64,000 bases of DNA. Origin: Phaeosaccion multiseriatum (taxonomy: Eukaryota; Protista; Ochrophyta, other classes). Location: assembly GCA_965112735.1 (NCBI GenBank), contig OZ218951.1:2232001-2296000 (forward strand). The letters are read 5' to 3'. The position numbers and the translations under genes were made by a program. The notes under the pieces were generated by a model, which did no database searches, was not told the DNA's origin, and was given only the letters and a program-made list of their open reading frames with translations. Each line of letters begins with the position of its first letter. Position 1 is the first letter of the stretch. Below, piece by piece: positions 24,368 to 37,103 of the stretch.

Positions 24368-27300
24368 GAGGAGTGGTAGCGGGACGCACGTGAACTCCCC
24401 AAAACACCCCCAGCTCACCTTCATGGACTCCCTCTTACGCTTGGTGGAGCTCGTCACCAGCTCCACTATCACCTCTGGCGGCGGTCGAGGCGCCATACTG
24501 CTGCTGCCCCTCCTGTTGCTCCCGCTCACCTCCGCCTCCGCACCACCACCACCAGCCGCCGGCGCCGCCGCTGTTGCTGCCTTGGCAAGCTCATTCTTCT
24601 TCTGCTGCACCACAATGGGTCCAAAGATCTCCAGCAGCACGTCCTCAGCAGCAGGGAAGGAGCTCTGGCGTATCCACACGCGGATCTTCTCCGTGTCTGA
24701 CACGAGCCGGTAGATGAGCCACGCCACACACACCGAGTCCGCAACGGCTTCACGCAGACCCTAGTGGAGCAGTGGCGTGGGGGTTATTTGGGAGGGGGGA
24801 GGGGTTGGAGGGCGGGGGGGGGTGAGTGGGTGAGCGCGTGAGTGAGTGAATAGGTGAGTGGGTGAGTGAGTGCAAAGGGCGGGGAAGGTAGGGGCAGGGA
24901 CGGGAGGTGAAGCACTTCGTGTACCCCCCCCACCCCCCCCACCCCCCCATCCTCCATCCTCACTCTCCCCTTCCACTCTACTTCCCACACTCCCTCCTCA
25001 CTCTCCCCTCCCACTCACTCTACTTCCCTCACTGCCCTTCCCTCACTCCCTCCTCACTCTCCCCTCCCACTCACTCTACTTCCCTCACTGCCCTTCCCCT
25101 CACTCCCTCCTCACTCTCCCCTCCCAATCTACTTCCCATACTCCCTCCTCACTCTCCCCTCCCACTCACTCTACTTCCCCCACTGCCCTTCCCCTCACAC
25201 CTCACTCTGCCCTCACTGACGCATTGAACCAAAACTCACTGTCCTATGAACCAAAAACTCAAACTCTTACTACGAAGCATGACTTAATTGTATGAATCAA
25301 AAACTCTAGTGACTTGAGAACTAAAAACTCACCCCTGCTAGCTGCTCCTCCCCCACACGGCACATCCCTCGGGCGGTGCAGTTGCTCCGAAGACCACTGT
25401 CGAAGGAGAAGGGCACAGAGGGGGGGAACACACTCTCCATGTACGCGGCAGGCACCATGTCGCGGGTGAGGCTCGTTAAGGTTACTTTGAGGCCGCCCCC
25501 CTGAGACACACCACCGGCCTGAGGGGAGACAGGCAGGGAGGGAAGGAGGGAGCGAGGGAGGGGGCGAAGGGGTGAGGGGGTGAGTGGAAGTAGAGTGGAT
25601 TCTTTCCTCCAAATCAAAAGGTGGTCCGCGTCTCTCTACATCTCGCCCTCCCCGACAGACAGTAGCCCAGACACTCCCCACACTCTCCCTATATATACCC
25701 CCGATCTCCTACCCTCCACCGCATACCCCATGTTTATGATATATACCCAGTACCTCATACCGCATACCCCATGTTTATGATATATACCCAGTACCTCATA
25801 CCGCATACCCCATGTTTATGATATATATACCCAGTACCTCATACCGCATACCCCATGTTTATGATATATACCCAGTACCTCATACCGCATACCCCATGTT
25901 TATGATATATATACCCAGTACCTCATACCGCATACCCCATGTTTATGATATATACCCAGTACCTCAAACCGCATACCCCATGTTTATGATATATACCCAG
26001 TACCTCATACCGCATACCCCATGTTCATGATATATACCCAGTACCTCATACCGCATACCCCATGTTCATGATATATACCCAGTACCTCAAACCGCATACC
26101 CCATGTTTATGATATATACCCAGTGCCTCATACCGCATACCCGATGTTCATGATATATACCCAGTACCTCATACCGCATACCCCATGTTCATGATATATA
26201 CCCAGTACCTCAAACCGCATACCCCATGTTTATGATATATACCCAGTACCTCATACCGCATACCATGTTCATGATATATACCCAGTACCTTGTCCTTGAG
26301 CTTCTGCTTGCCCGTGGGGCGGCAGAGCATGAGCTGATCTTTAAAGGTCCACACGAGGAGGAGGCGCATCAAGTTGAGCTTGGCAGGGGGCATTCGGGAT
26401 GGGTCGTGGAGGATACGCGGTGTCGGGACCCCAAGCAAGCCTGCCACTCGTTGGGCCAGGTGTCGGGAGGTGCTGCTCAGCTGATAGGGGACCATATACA
26501 GAAAACAGAGCGACGGGGGGGGGGGGGGGAGGTTGGTGAGGGTGTGAGGGTGGACAGAGAGAGAGAGAGAGAGAGAGAGAAGCAGGGGTTGAAGTGTTAG
26601 AGTGGAGTATGGGAGGTAACAGGCCTGCACTTTTCACAACCACCACCCCAACCAACCAACCAACCATTGCTAAAGAAGGAGGCATACCGGCCCCCTCCTC
26701 CTTCCATCCCACCCTCCCCTTCTTCCCTCCCACCCTCCCCTCCTTCCCACCCTCCCCTCCTTCCCACCCTCCCCTCCTTCCCTCCCACCCTCTCCTCCCT
26801 CCCACCCTCCCCTCCTTCCCTCCCACCCTCCCCTTCTTCCCTCCCACCCTCTCCTCCCTCCCACCCTCCCCTTCTTCCCTCCCACCCTCTCCTCCTTCCC
26901 ACCCTCCCCTCCTTCCCTCCCACCCTCCCCTCCTTCCCTCCCACCCTCCCCTCCTTCCCTCCCACCCTCTCCTCGCTCCAACCCTCCCCTCCTTTCCCCC
27001 CCTTCCCTCACCTGGCGCATGCGTGAGTGTGCGAGGGCGTGTGCCTTCATGAAGCTATCCCTGTGCTTTTCCGCCAGGTTATTATAGGCAAAGAGCAGCC
27101 GCATCAGCATGATGGGCTCGGAGTACACCCCTCCGTCGAACTTGGCCTGCCCCACCATGGTCTTGGCCACAATACCATTGTACTCATCAGGATCGTCGTG
27201 AATCAACGGAGAAGTCACTCGAAAGGGCGTACGTGGCAAGGACAACGCCGCTGCCATGACAATGGCCTCTGCAATGACGCCCATCTGTGCTCCCAAGCCA

Positions 27301-29629
27301 ATCATCCTCCCCAGCAGCAAGTCCACCCCGAGCGAGGCGACAAAGGTTCCCATCACCGTCATGTCTCCGTCGTCGTCGGCTTGACTAATAAAGCCCGACT
27401 CATGCAGGGAAGCAAAGGCCCGTCCCATGTGCTCCATCTCCGGCGGCTCGATGACGTCAAGCAACACAGGTACCACCTTGGTGTCAAGCATGCTCTTGAG
27501 CCCTAGAATCACTGCATCCAATGGTTGCCGGTGCATCTCCCCTTCCTCAAACTCCGGCATGTGGGTGTCAAACAGCTCCCTCGAGTACAGCCGATACGCC
27601 GACCCTGGTCGTGTTCTTCCGGTCCTGCCTGCCCGCTGCGTTGCCGAAGCACGCGAAACCCATGTGGCCGCGAGCTGAGCCCGGTGGGTCAAAGGGTTGT
27701 ACTGCAGCTGCTTCTCCGTCCCCAGGCACACCACATGGTCCACGTCGGGGAGCGTTACTGAGGATTCCGCGGCGTTGGTTGCGATGATAATCTTAACCTC
27801 ATCCTGATCAGGGCGGGAGGGAGGGAGGGAGGGAGAGAGGCAGGGAGAGACGAGGCATGCTTAGGCTACGGCCGTGGGGTCGGATGGGATGGGAGATGAT
27901 GGGGGACATCAACGTGGTAAGTCCACACACACACGCAAACACACTCACTCACTCACACACTCACACACTCACACAAACATACACACACACACGCACACAC
28001 GCACCCACCCATGGACATGACGTACCGGTGCTCCAGGCTTGAATGCCTCCATCTGCTCCTCGAAGGGAATGTCTCCATGAATGGCAAGGCACTTGTACGT
28101 CACTCTTGTAGAGCGCACCTCCTCAAACTTGGAGGTTATCTCCACGATGTCACCCATTCCAGACACAAAGATGAGCACCGCCGAGCCGGGCTTGCCCACC
28201 GTCCTCGCCACCTGCACAGCAAGGGTGTATTGGAGGGCGTTGCTGCGGGTGGAGGGGGGCCCACCTCCTCCAGTCATTTGTGCAAGCTTGTCGGCGTCGT
28301 CGCCAACCCGATGGGGCAGCTGCAGCGCACTGCGAAGGTCCTCCGCAAAGTATGTGTCAATGGGAAAGCGACGCACCCCAACAAAGAGGGGCGGCTCCGG
28401 CACACCAAAGTACTGCTGATACATGGCCGCTGCAATGGTTGCGGACATCAAAATGAGCTTGATGCGGGGGTTGGTGGCCAGTAGCCTCCGTGCCATGAGG
28501 CACAAGATGTCCGTGTCCACACTCCGCTCGTGTACCTCGTCGATGATAAGGTGCGTGTGCTTGTCAAATGTCTCGGGGTGGTGTGCCATGAGTCGCACCA
28601 AATACCCCGTGGTCACGAACCAAATGCGCGTCTGTGGCGACTCCTCACGCATGCCGTGCCCCATGCGGTACCCCACCAGCTTGTCGTAGCCCGGCATGCT
28701 CTTGACACGGTCCATGAGGGCCCGTACGGCGATGCGTCTCGGCTGACTCACAAACATGCGCGTGTTGGGTACAGCGTCATAGATGATGAGCGGTACTCGG
28801 CTGCTCTTGCCGCACCCCGTCTCTCCGTGGATGATGGTCACCCGATGCTTGTCAACGTGCTCCAGAATGCGATCCCTGTGCTGATCAATGGGGAGAAGCG
28901 TCGTGTCCGCTGCTCTGTCCCACATTTCCTCATCCTCCACCTCCTCCTCCTCCACCTCCGCCTCCTCCGGCTCCTCTCCGTCGTTCCACGCCTCATTCTT
29001 CTGCTTGAGAAGAGCGGCGGTGGTGGAGTCCTTAGCCTTTGTTGCCTTTGTTGCCGACTTGGTAGTGGGCGAGGTGCTCGCATTCCGCCCCACCCGAGGG
29101 CTCGCTTGCTTCTTCCCAATCTCGTCCTGGGCCAGAAGGTCCTCGTACCACACCTCCTGATCGCTGTCGCCCGCCTCCACCTCCGCCTCTGCTTCCTCCC
29201 CCCCGTCCACCTCTCCTCCTCCCTCGCCGCCGCTGCTCAGCAGGAGGTCTATCTTCTTCGCCCCATCCCCCTTCCCTTTCCCTTCCCCCGTAGCAGCAGC
29301 AGCAGCAGCAGCCCCCGCCGCTAGCTTATGGAAGGTAGCACCATCGTACCAGTCCTTCGGCGAACCCTCTAGCAGGGGAACGACACTCTCCGAGCCTTCC
29401 TCACCGCCCTCCTGGCTCCGTCTCGCCTTGCCCCACAGCTTCGATAGCGTCCTCTGATAAGCGTAGGACACGCACACACCCGTCCAGGTGGGCAGGGGCA
29501 GCGACGCATCCTCCTCGAGGCGGGCCCCCCTGGCCATGGCGAGTAGCGCCTGCTCCTGTCCGTCCGTCAGCTCATTGCCGGCCAGCTTCATGCAGCGCAC
29601 AGCAGCAAGGCCGGGAAGGCCCTCGTCCT

Positions 29630-29661
<32 letters not shown>

Positions 29662-32600
29662 CGGGTAGACAGGTAGACAGGTAGACAGGTAGACAGGTAG
29701 GTAGACAGGCGGGTAGGTGGGCAGGCAGGAGGAGGGAAGGATGAGGACCAAACAGGAGAGGCGTAAGTGAATGGTATATACGAAGATGAGACGCGAAACA
29801 AACATTGATCGTGGCGTGCGTGCGTGCGTACGTATATGTGTGAGTGGGTGTGTGCGAGCATGAATGTGCACGAGGCAAGTCTGCCCCGTCTCTCCAATCG
29901 AGCTGGAGCTCACACTAACTAACCTGAGGTAGCACCGCCAAATCGGCACTGTTCTTGTTCAGAAAGTGCACCTCGGGGGCTCCGGAGCCCTTTTCGGACT
30001 CCTCGTCCAGAGGAAAGTCTGTGAGGAAGAGGAAGGGCGGGGGGTTGCGAGAGATGGGGTAGGTATAGAGCAGGGTGCTAAGAAGGGGCGAGCTCCCAGC
30101 TCTACACCTCTCTGCCCTCTAAAGAGGCCTCTCACGAAAGGAAAGGAAATCGTGCGTGCGGGAAGAGACGGAGAGGGCGTGGAGGGGGGGGGACTGAAGA
30201 GCGGATTGGCATCTCCGACCCCCCACCCTTTCAGGCAGACACACGGCAAGCCCCAGACAGAGACAGAGAGGCGATGATGGAAGCGTGTGTGTGCAGCTAA
30301 CAGCTAGCAGCTAGCAAAGTGGATCAGAAGAGGAGTAGAAATGATTAGCGGTTGGCACGGTGGTGTGTCTCCTTACCTTCCAGTGACTCCAGCCCATAGA
30401 GAGCCCGGCAGAACAGCAGAGCCATTGCCGTTTCGTCTGCCTCGCTCGCCCTGATTTTGGTGTTGGTTGATGGGAAAAGATTTCAAGCAAGCACGGAGAC
30501 AACAAGTAGAGGGTGAGCGAGCGTACGGAGCGGGAGTACAGATGATGGAGGAAGCTTCACCCCCATAGTCCCTCCTTCCCTCCTTCCAATCCCACCCTAG
30601 ACAGTCATCACAGACATCTCTCTTTGACGAACAAGGAGATTTCATTTGTCCCCGCCCCTCGTCCACTCCTCACTCACGAAGTATTGGCCACAAGCTGAAA
30701 GTCGGGCTCCTGTCCCCTGACCCACTCCAGCGTCTCCTTCGGCTTGCGCTCTCCGCGAATGAACTTGCTCAGCAGCATCAGCTTCTTTCCTCCTCCTCCT
30801 CCTCCTCCTCCTCCTCCTCCTCCTCCTCCTCCTCCTCCTCCTCCTCCTCCTCCTCCTCCTCCTCCTCCTTCACCTCCTCCTCCTCCTTCTCCTCCCTCCT
30901 GCGCGCCCCCCTGGCCTCCCTCGCCCCCATCCTCCCCGCTCTTATCCTCCATATCCTCCTGCTCCACAGCAAAGGCGCTAGTGGGCAGGTGACTCGTGTA
31001 GTCCGTGCCTATTAGAATGGCCCATTCGACCAACGCCGACTCGGAAAGCCCTACCGCCTTGGCCAGCGTCGTCCTATCCCACACGCGTGCCGAGGGTGCC
31101 TGCCCCTCCGTCAGCTCGAGCTCGTCGAAACGGATGTAACGACATTTGGCAAACATGTGGAAGTCGGAGTCATTGCCCAGCACGAAGGACCGCCCCTCGG
31201 GGTCTGAGGCACTCTCTTTGGCGATATCTGTGGCAAGCAAGGAGGGAGGGAGGGAGGGGGAGGGGGAGGGAGTGAGTGAGTGAGTGAGGGAGGAAGGGGG
31301 GGGGGAGGGGGGGAGGGAGAGAGGGAGAGAGGGAGGGAGAGAGAGAGGGAAGGAGGGAGGGAAGGAAGGAAGGAAGGAAGGAAGGAAGGAAGGAAGGAAG
31401 GAAGGAGGGAGGGAGGGAGGGAGGGAGGGAATGAGGGAGGGAAGGAGGGAGGGAGGGAGGGAGAGAGAGAGGGAGAGAGAGGGGAAGGAAGGAGGGAGGG
31501 CCGGGACGAAAGTGATCGCCACACAAACGTGTGAGAGATTGGGAGAGCAGGTGCGGTTCCGGGGGGGTGCGTGTAGGACAACAGAGTCGTGTTGATCCTC
31601 CTGCTCGCGGCTCCAACACCCGCATGACAGTGAGCCGAGGTGCCAGCATTGTGCTACTACCAGCACCCTGCTCCTGCTGTCCTCCTCTTCCTTCTCTCAT
31701 CCTGCCTCTCCTTCCCCCCCTCCCTCACCCCCACCCCGAAAGGAAGGTCTGCTGAAGTCCCTTGACTTACTTACCCTGGTCAGCCTCTCCTTCGCACTGC
31801 ACGCACTCCACGCCGAGCTGCTCCATCGTCACTCTCATCTGGGTGGTGGTAAGTGCCGGTGCCGGAAACCGAAGCCCCTCCGGGGGTCTGGCCCCATCTA
31901 GGCACCACCCGTGCAGTGCATCCCACTGCTCCCTCTGGCGCTCCTTCCTGGCCTTTTGGCACGCGGTCTTGAGCTGTCGATCACTCCCGTCCCAGTACGT
32001 GATGGGTTCGATGCCGGCTGTGACAGGGATGTTTGTTGTGTTGGTTTTGTTTTGTGTGAGAAGAAATGGTGTGTGTACGAGAGTCCCCCTCACAAGAAGA
32101 AAGAATCCAATCCAAATACAGCGAGGCCGAGCCGTGGTCGGACGCAGATGGAAAATTCAGAGGAATCGGCGGGGTGTTGAGGGCGGTGTGTGTTGATGCG
32201 GGAGGAACATACAGCAGAGGGGGACATCAGACCATTTCACTCTCCCCACTTCGGTCTGATCTGTCCGCCAGTCCGTCGGTACGCGTGAGTGCCTCACCTT
32301 CTCGCAGGAGTCTGATGGTTCTCGTTGCCATGGCATGCACTCTCTCAAAGTCTCCACCGAGATCGCTTCGCACCTCACCACCGCCACTGCCCCCGCCGCC
32401 ACCTGCTTTCGATGGAGCTCCCTCCTCTGCTGCTTGCTCTGGCTCCGGTGCTGGCGCCACAATGACATTGTCCCTTTCCATACAGGCGTGGGCCCACCCC
32501 GACCCATCTATGAGCAGTCGGTCTCCCTTCCTAAGGTCTGTTGTGTGTATCGAGAGGGAGCGGGTGACCAAATGCCGGCCACGGAGAGTGAGAAAAAAAT

Positions 32601-32949
32601 AAAGACGGAGATGTCATCCTTCTTAGCTCCGCCCCAGCCCCGCCCCCCCACGCCTCCTTCTCACAAAGGCACCCGCAGCAAATAGCGGAATCTTCTTCAC
32701 TACCTCCCCCCCTCTCCTCCTCCTCCCCCTCTCCTCCCCCCTTTCCTTCCTCAGTTCTTGGATACTGGGAATGGATAGTACTCTCTCTACCCTCTGTTCC
32801 ACTGCTCTTCCCTAGCAACTGTTGTAACCTCCGACAAGTACTTCGCTCCTCTCTGCCTTCCTCTCCGCTTTTCTTCCTCACTCACCTTCCCATCGGACGG
32901 TGCCGCCCAGCTGGGAGCTTATATAGCTTCGCAGACGCTTAACCCCCAT
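19151..32949 (-). CDS. Giant multidomain protein (~2709 aa, 15 exons): Asteroid/FEN-like PIN nuclease + DEVH-box DEAH/RHA RNA helicase + HA2 + G/Q-rich IDR + tandem LOTUS/OST-HTH-like domains
   Basis: Exons 32949-32886, 32537-32298, 32017-31775, 31227-30678, 30450-30377, 30018-29924, 29627-28026, 27803-27012, 26480-26289, 25518-25333, 24760-24419, 24141-23760, 23455-23310, 22608-19950, 19713-19151. All are GT..AG and phase-compatible, totalling 8130 nt (2710 codons). PIN motifs: MGVKRL, LLIDG, YWDG, EGEAD, NDSDF, IGTDY. Helicase motifs: GETGCGKS, SQPRRIA, DEVH, SAT, ATNAAESSVT, QRAGRTGR. Confidence 0.85.
25718..26288. repeat. ~41-bp minisatellite (~14 copies) at the 5' end of an intron of the helicase gene
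   Basis: The unit CCGCATACCCCATGTTTATGATATATACCCAGTACCTCATA is tandemly repeated with minor variants. Confidence 0.92.
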
Positions 32950-33164
32950 CGTTCCTCCGCAGTACTCCGATCGCCTCAGCACTTCACGACCTCCCCTCCT
33001 TGTTGTTATCTCTGTCTCAGCTCCACTCTTTCTGCAGAGTGGGCGCTTCTCTTTTTGAGTGATCTGATCTGATCTGATCTCGAGGGGCCCCCCGGGTCCA
33101 GACGATGGGCGCCTAAAAGTAACGTTTTCTTCCAGTTGAATTTGCCCTGTCCCCACCCCGTGCT
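32950..33164. promoter_or_regulatory. Probable bidirectional promoter between the helicase gene and the secreted-protein gene
   Basis: Divergent ATGs at 32949 (-) and 33165 (+) lie 215 bp apart. The interval contains (GATCT)x4 and a GGGGCCCC palindrome. Confidence 0.55.
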
Positions 33165-34143
33165 ATGCGTCTCAAGGCAACCATATCTCAAGCCCTCCTG
33201 GTGCTGCTCCTAGGAGTAGGAGGAGGAGGAGGAGGAGGAGGAGGAGCAGTATCAGGGCAAGGGATTAAGGAGGAGACAGAAGAAGAGAAGGGCGGAGGTG
33301 GGGTGGCCTCCACCTTCCCCCTGGCCTTTACCGGCGTAGTCGAGACCGTCGCGCACCTCGTGGACCGGACAAAGGACTACCCCCCTTGGTATGGGCGATA
33401 CGAGGTCTCCTACGATTATGGGAGGGGAAGGGCCAAGGCTGTCGTGACTCACGGTCTCGACAAGGGAAAGACCTTCCTTCGTAGATACGACGACAAAAAG
33501 GAGTACATGATTCGAGGCGGGGAGTACCCTGCATGCAGACGCAGTTATCTGGGGGAGGACATGCCGCTTCCCGTTCTGCCCTCCGACGAGGCAGCAGCCG
33601 CGGCAGTCAAGGCTGGCCGGGGAGGTGTGGCAGGGGAAGGCGTGTGGGTCAAAGACGACGAAATCGACGGCGAGGCACACGAGCACTGGGTACATGACGT
33701 GGTGAAAGGTAGGTGGGCATGGCTCCCGTGTTGAGTATGCTCTACGTGTATTCATTGGTCCCGTACTCATGCCGCCTGTGGCGGGACATGCCGTGCGGCC
33801 TCTCTCTGTCCTTTTCTCACCTGCCAAACCTCGTTTCCTCACTCGTAGGCTCTGTCTCTCCCTGCATCTGTCCCTCTCTCTCGTTCCATCTTGTGTAGGC
33901 TCCTCTCAGTACCACATCTGGCTGAACAAGCAAACAGGGCACCCCCGCAGGCTGACAGACGAGGCGCTACAGCCCGACGGATCTACCCAGGCCCTCATGA
34001 CGTACGAGCTCCACCTCAATGCCACTTCCCCCCCACATGATGACGCCTTCGACCTACCTCAGCCCTACACTCACAAGCTGTGCGAGCTGCATGTTGGGGG
34101 CTATCCGTACCTACACCTCTTCCAGCACCTCTTCCGCTTCTGA
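33165..34143 (+). CDS. Secreted protein (~262 aa), probable ependymin-related/LolA-like fold; exons 33165-33708, 33899-34143
   Basis: Signal peptide MRLKATISQALLVLLLG, then a beta-rich pattern (VSYDY, FLRRYD, C.R..L, IDG...HW, P.RL) and a C-terminal F.LP.....C motif. The phase-1 intron joins cleanly. Confidence 0.7.
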
Positions 34144-35683
34144 GCTGAGCTGAGCGGAAGCTGAGGCTGGGGATGGTAGTGGATGGCATTGAGTGGTGAG
34201 GGAGGGATGGCAGTGGATGAGGCTGAGTCTGAGGCTTCCCCTCATCCCCCCCAGAACCTGAGCCAAGGCGGGTTGTGAGACACTTCGCAGAGGCACTCTT
34301 CTGCTGACATATACGTAGTGTGTATGAGGGGTGAGGTTTGGAAAGAAGCCTCTTCGCCACGGCTTGCCTTGCCTTGCCTTGCCTTGCCTTGCCTTGCCTT
34401 CAGCAGGGAAAAGGCACAGATAAGCCAACGGGAGGAGAGAGGCGGTAGGCGGAACGAGGAGGGGGTGGGAGTTCCCCGGGCGACTCCACTGCGGTGACCG
34501 CCCCTACCTTTGTACCAGCACCACCAACCACGGCAGAGCAAACAGCAGCACCAACCAGCAGAGCAGACAGCAGCACCACCAGAGTTGACGGGAGCAGTCT
34601 TTCGAGTTCGGGGGCGAGAAGATGAAGTCCCTTTTTGAAGCAGACAAGGGACTCTTTTGCTCTGTTGTCGTTTTCGATTTTGTTCCATGGGGCCACACAG
34701 CAATCACCGTCTGTTCTCTCTTTGATTCAGGCCGAGGCGCTAAGGGGGGCTCAGACAGGATGACGCGAGTGCGCAGAATGCTCAGAGCAAGACCAGGAGA
34801 GAGAGAGAGAGCGTGCACGCGGGGCAGAGAGAGAGACAGAGCGAGAGACAGAGAGCACGCGCGCGGGAGAGGGCGAGAGAGAGAGAGGCTTCGCTAGGGG
34901 AAATGCGTTTATATGCGTTTCATGCTCTACGCGCCTCCATGGTACATTGCAAGACTGCAAGTTGAAAGTGGCTCTCTCGCTCTTTCAGACTGATGACATG
35001 GCAGGCTAAGCACACTACATTCGCACCGCACACCCCTCCTCCCTCTCCCGTAGCAGCGGAGGTTCCTTGGGACACTTGGCATACACTGCTCGCTCCTCGC
35101 TTCGGCTCTCACCCCTTGGTCATCTCCAAGCCAATGCCTCGATGCTCGACATTACCGTCTCGATGCTCGACATTACCGTCTCGATGCTGGACATTGCGGT
35201 AGGGACAGACTCGGGCGGATCGGGCGAGGGTCACGGGTAACAGCGGCTCCTGTGGACCCCTGCTGACACCGGACTCGTAGGAAGAGCAGAGCAGCATGCA
35301 AGGAAGCACCAAAGAGAGCAACAGAAACACAACATGTGCCTCATCCCTTCTCCACTCTAATTAACGTCAAAATGCTCTCCGTCTGTGTTGCCTTTAGCCT
35401 GTCTTTTTATCTTTTTCAGGCCTTGTCTTTTACAATCTTCAAAACTAAGTACATGTACGATCCCCCCTGTTTAGAAAGTCTTATGCTTTCCGCCGACTCA
35501 TACCGCCTGGTGGCCCCCCGTCCATCCACTGCCATCCATCCATCCACTGCCGTTCACTTATCCACCCACTGCCGTTCACTCATCCATCCACGGCTATTCC
35601 CTCTCCCATCCACTGCCATCCATCCATCCATCCATCCATCCATCCACTGCCTCCTTCCCCCTCCCCTCTCTCCCCTCTCTCCT

Positions 35684-36510
35684 CTAGAGCTGATATGTGC
35701 TCTCCAGATAGTCTACGATTTCCGCTGACTCATACCCCGCCTGGCCAGTGTTAGGGTCAATAAGATAGGGCGTCTGCCCCGTTCCTGCCATGGCCATGAG
35801 CTGCTGCTTCTTTGGGCTTCCTCTGGCGCAGGTCACAAACTTGTGCGGAATCTCGAGTTCACAGAGCTTCTCCCTGACAATCTTGGTGAAGGGGCTGGCC
35901 TCGTAGCCTGCATTGCATCGTGAGCATATACAAAACATGTGCGTGTATATCGAAGAGAGGGGGGGGGGAGGGAGGAGGGTACGGAGGGGATGGAAGGGCT
36001 GCCCACATGAGGGGGGAAGAGAGGGCGGGCGAATGTGCCGAAAGAAGAGGCCTCGGGTGGTCTCACAGTGACTCTACACACATACACACATACACACACA
36101 CACACACACCACCACCACCACCACCACCACCACCAACGCCCGTACAACAAGCCCAACCCAAACCAAACCCACTCACCCCAGAGCTCCAGAGGCTTCTCGG
36201 GCATCTTGGCCGGTGTGTACTTGGAACCCTTCATGGCTCGCGGCATGAGCCCCACTCCGGCTGAGAGCACGGTGAGCATCCCGAGTCGGAGTCCCAAGGG
36301 CACCTCTGCCCCAGCGCCGTAGGTTTGGAACAGATATTTAATGATGTCGTCACTCTCGTACATACTGTCGTACGTCCATATCAATACGTATGCATGACGG
36401 GAGGAGGAGGTGTGTGTGTATGCGAAAGAGGCGAGAGAGGCGAGGTGGGTACGTGAGCAAGAAACCAAAGCAAGCTGAAAAAAGAATGGAATATACACTG
36501 CAACTGTAGA

Positions 36511-36553
<43 letters not shown>

Positions 36554-37071
36554 GCTGCCTCTACGCCTCTGGTTGGTCGTACTCCTTTCCTCCCTCCCAA
36601 CCGCACCGCTTCGGCGCTCACCTGGTGCCCGTGTTTGGGTCTACCATGTAGGGGAACATCTTCTTGCCACCCAATTCATTCGCACGGGGCCGGAAAGTGG
36701 GCGAGTCTGAGCAACATTAACAACAGTGAGCAAAAACATCAACGACTGAGAAACCGCAACTGGGGGTGGGTGGGCGGGCACTACAACCCTCGAAGTCGAT
36801 CAGCTTGCAGGGATACACACATACGTACACATACACACACAACCCAACCGGGGCCCTGTCACTAGCAATAAAGCCCCTCTGCAGGGGCTGACCATAGGGA
36901 GTCAGTCAGTCAGTCAGTCAGTCAGTCAGTCAGTCAGTCAGTCAGTCAGTCAGTCAGTCAGTCAGTCAGTCAGTCAGTCAGTCAGTCAGTCAGTCAGTCA
37001 GTCAGTCAGTCAGTCAGTCAGTCAGTCAGTCAGTCAGTCAGTCAGTCAGCCAAACCGTCAGTCAGTCAGTC

Positions 37072-37103
<32 letters not shown>

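Noticed and set aside
25718-26288. Possible CRISPR-like array
   Set aside because: The units are contiguous with no unique spacers, lie inside a eukaryotic intron, and no cas genes are present.
34240-35330. Short ORFs including a hydrophobic stretch and an NVEHRDG 21-bp repeat
   Set aside because: No consistent gene model or domain. Too weak to call.
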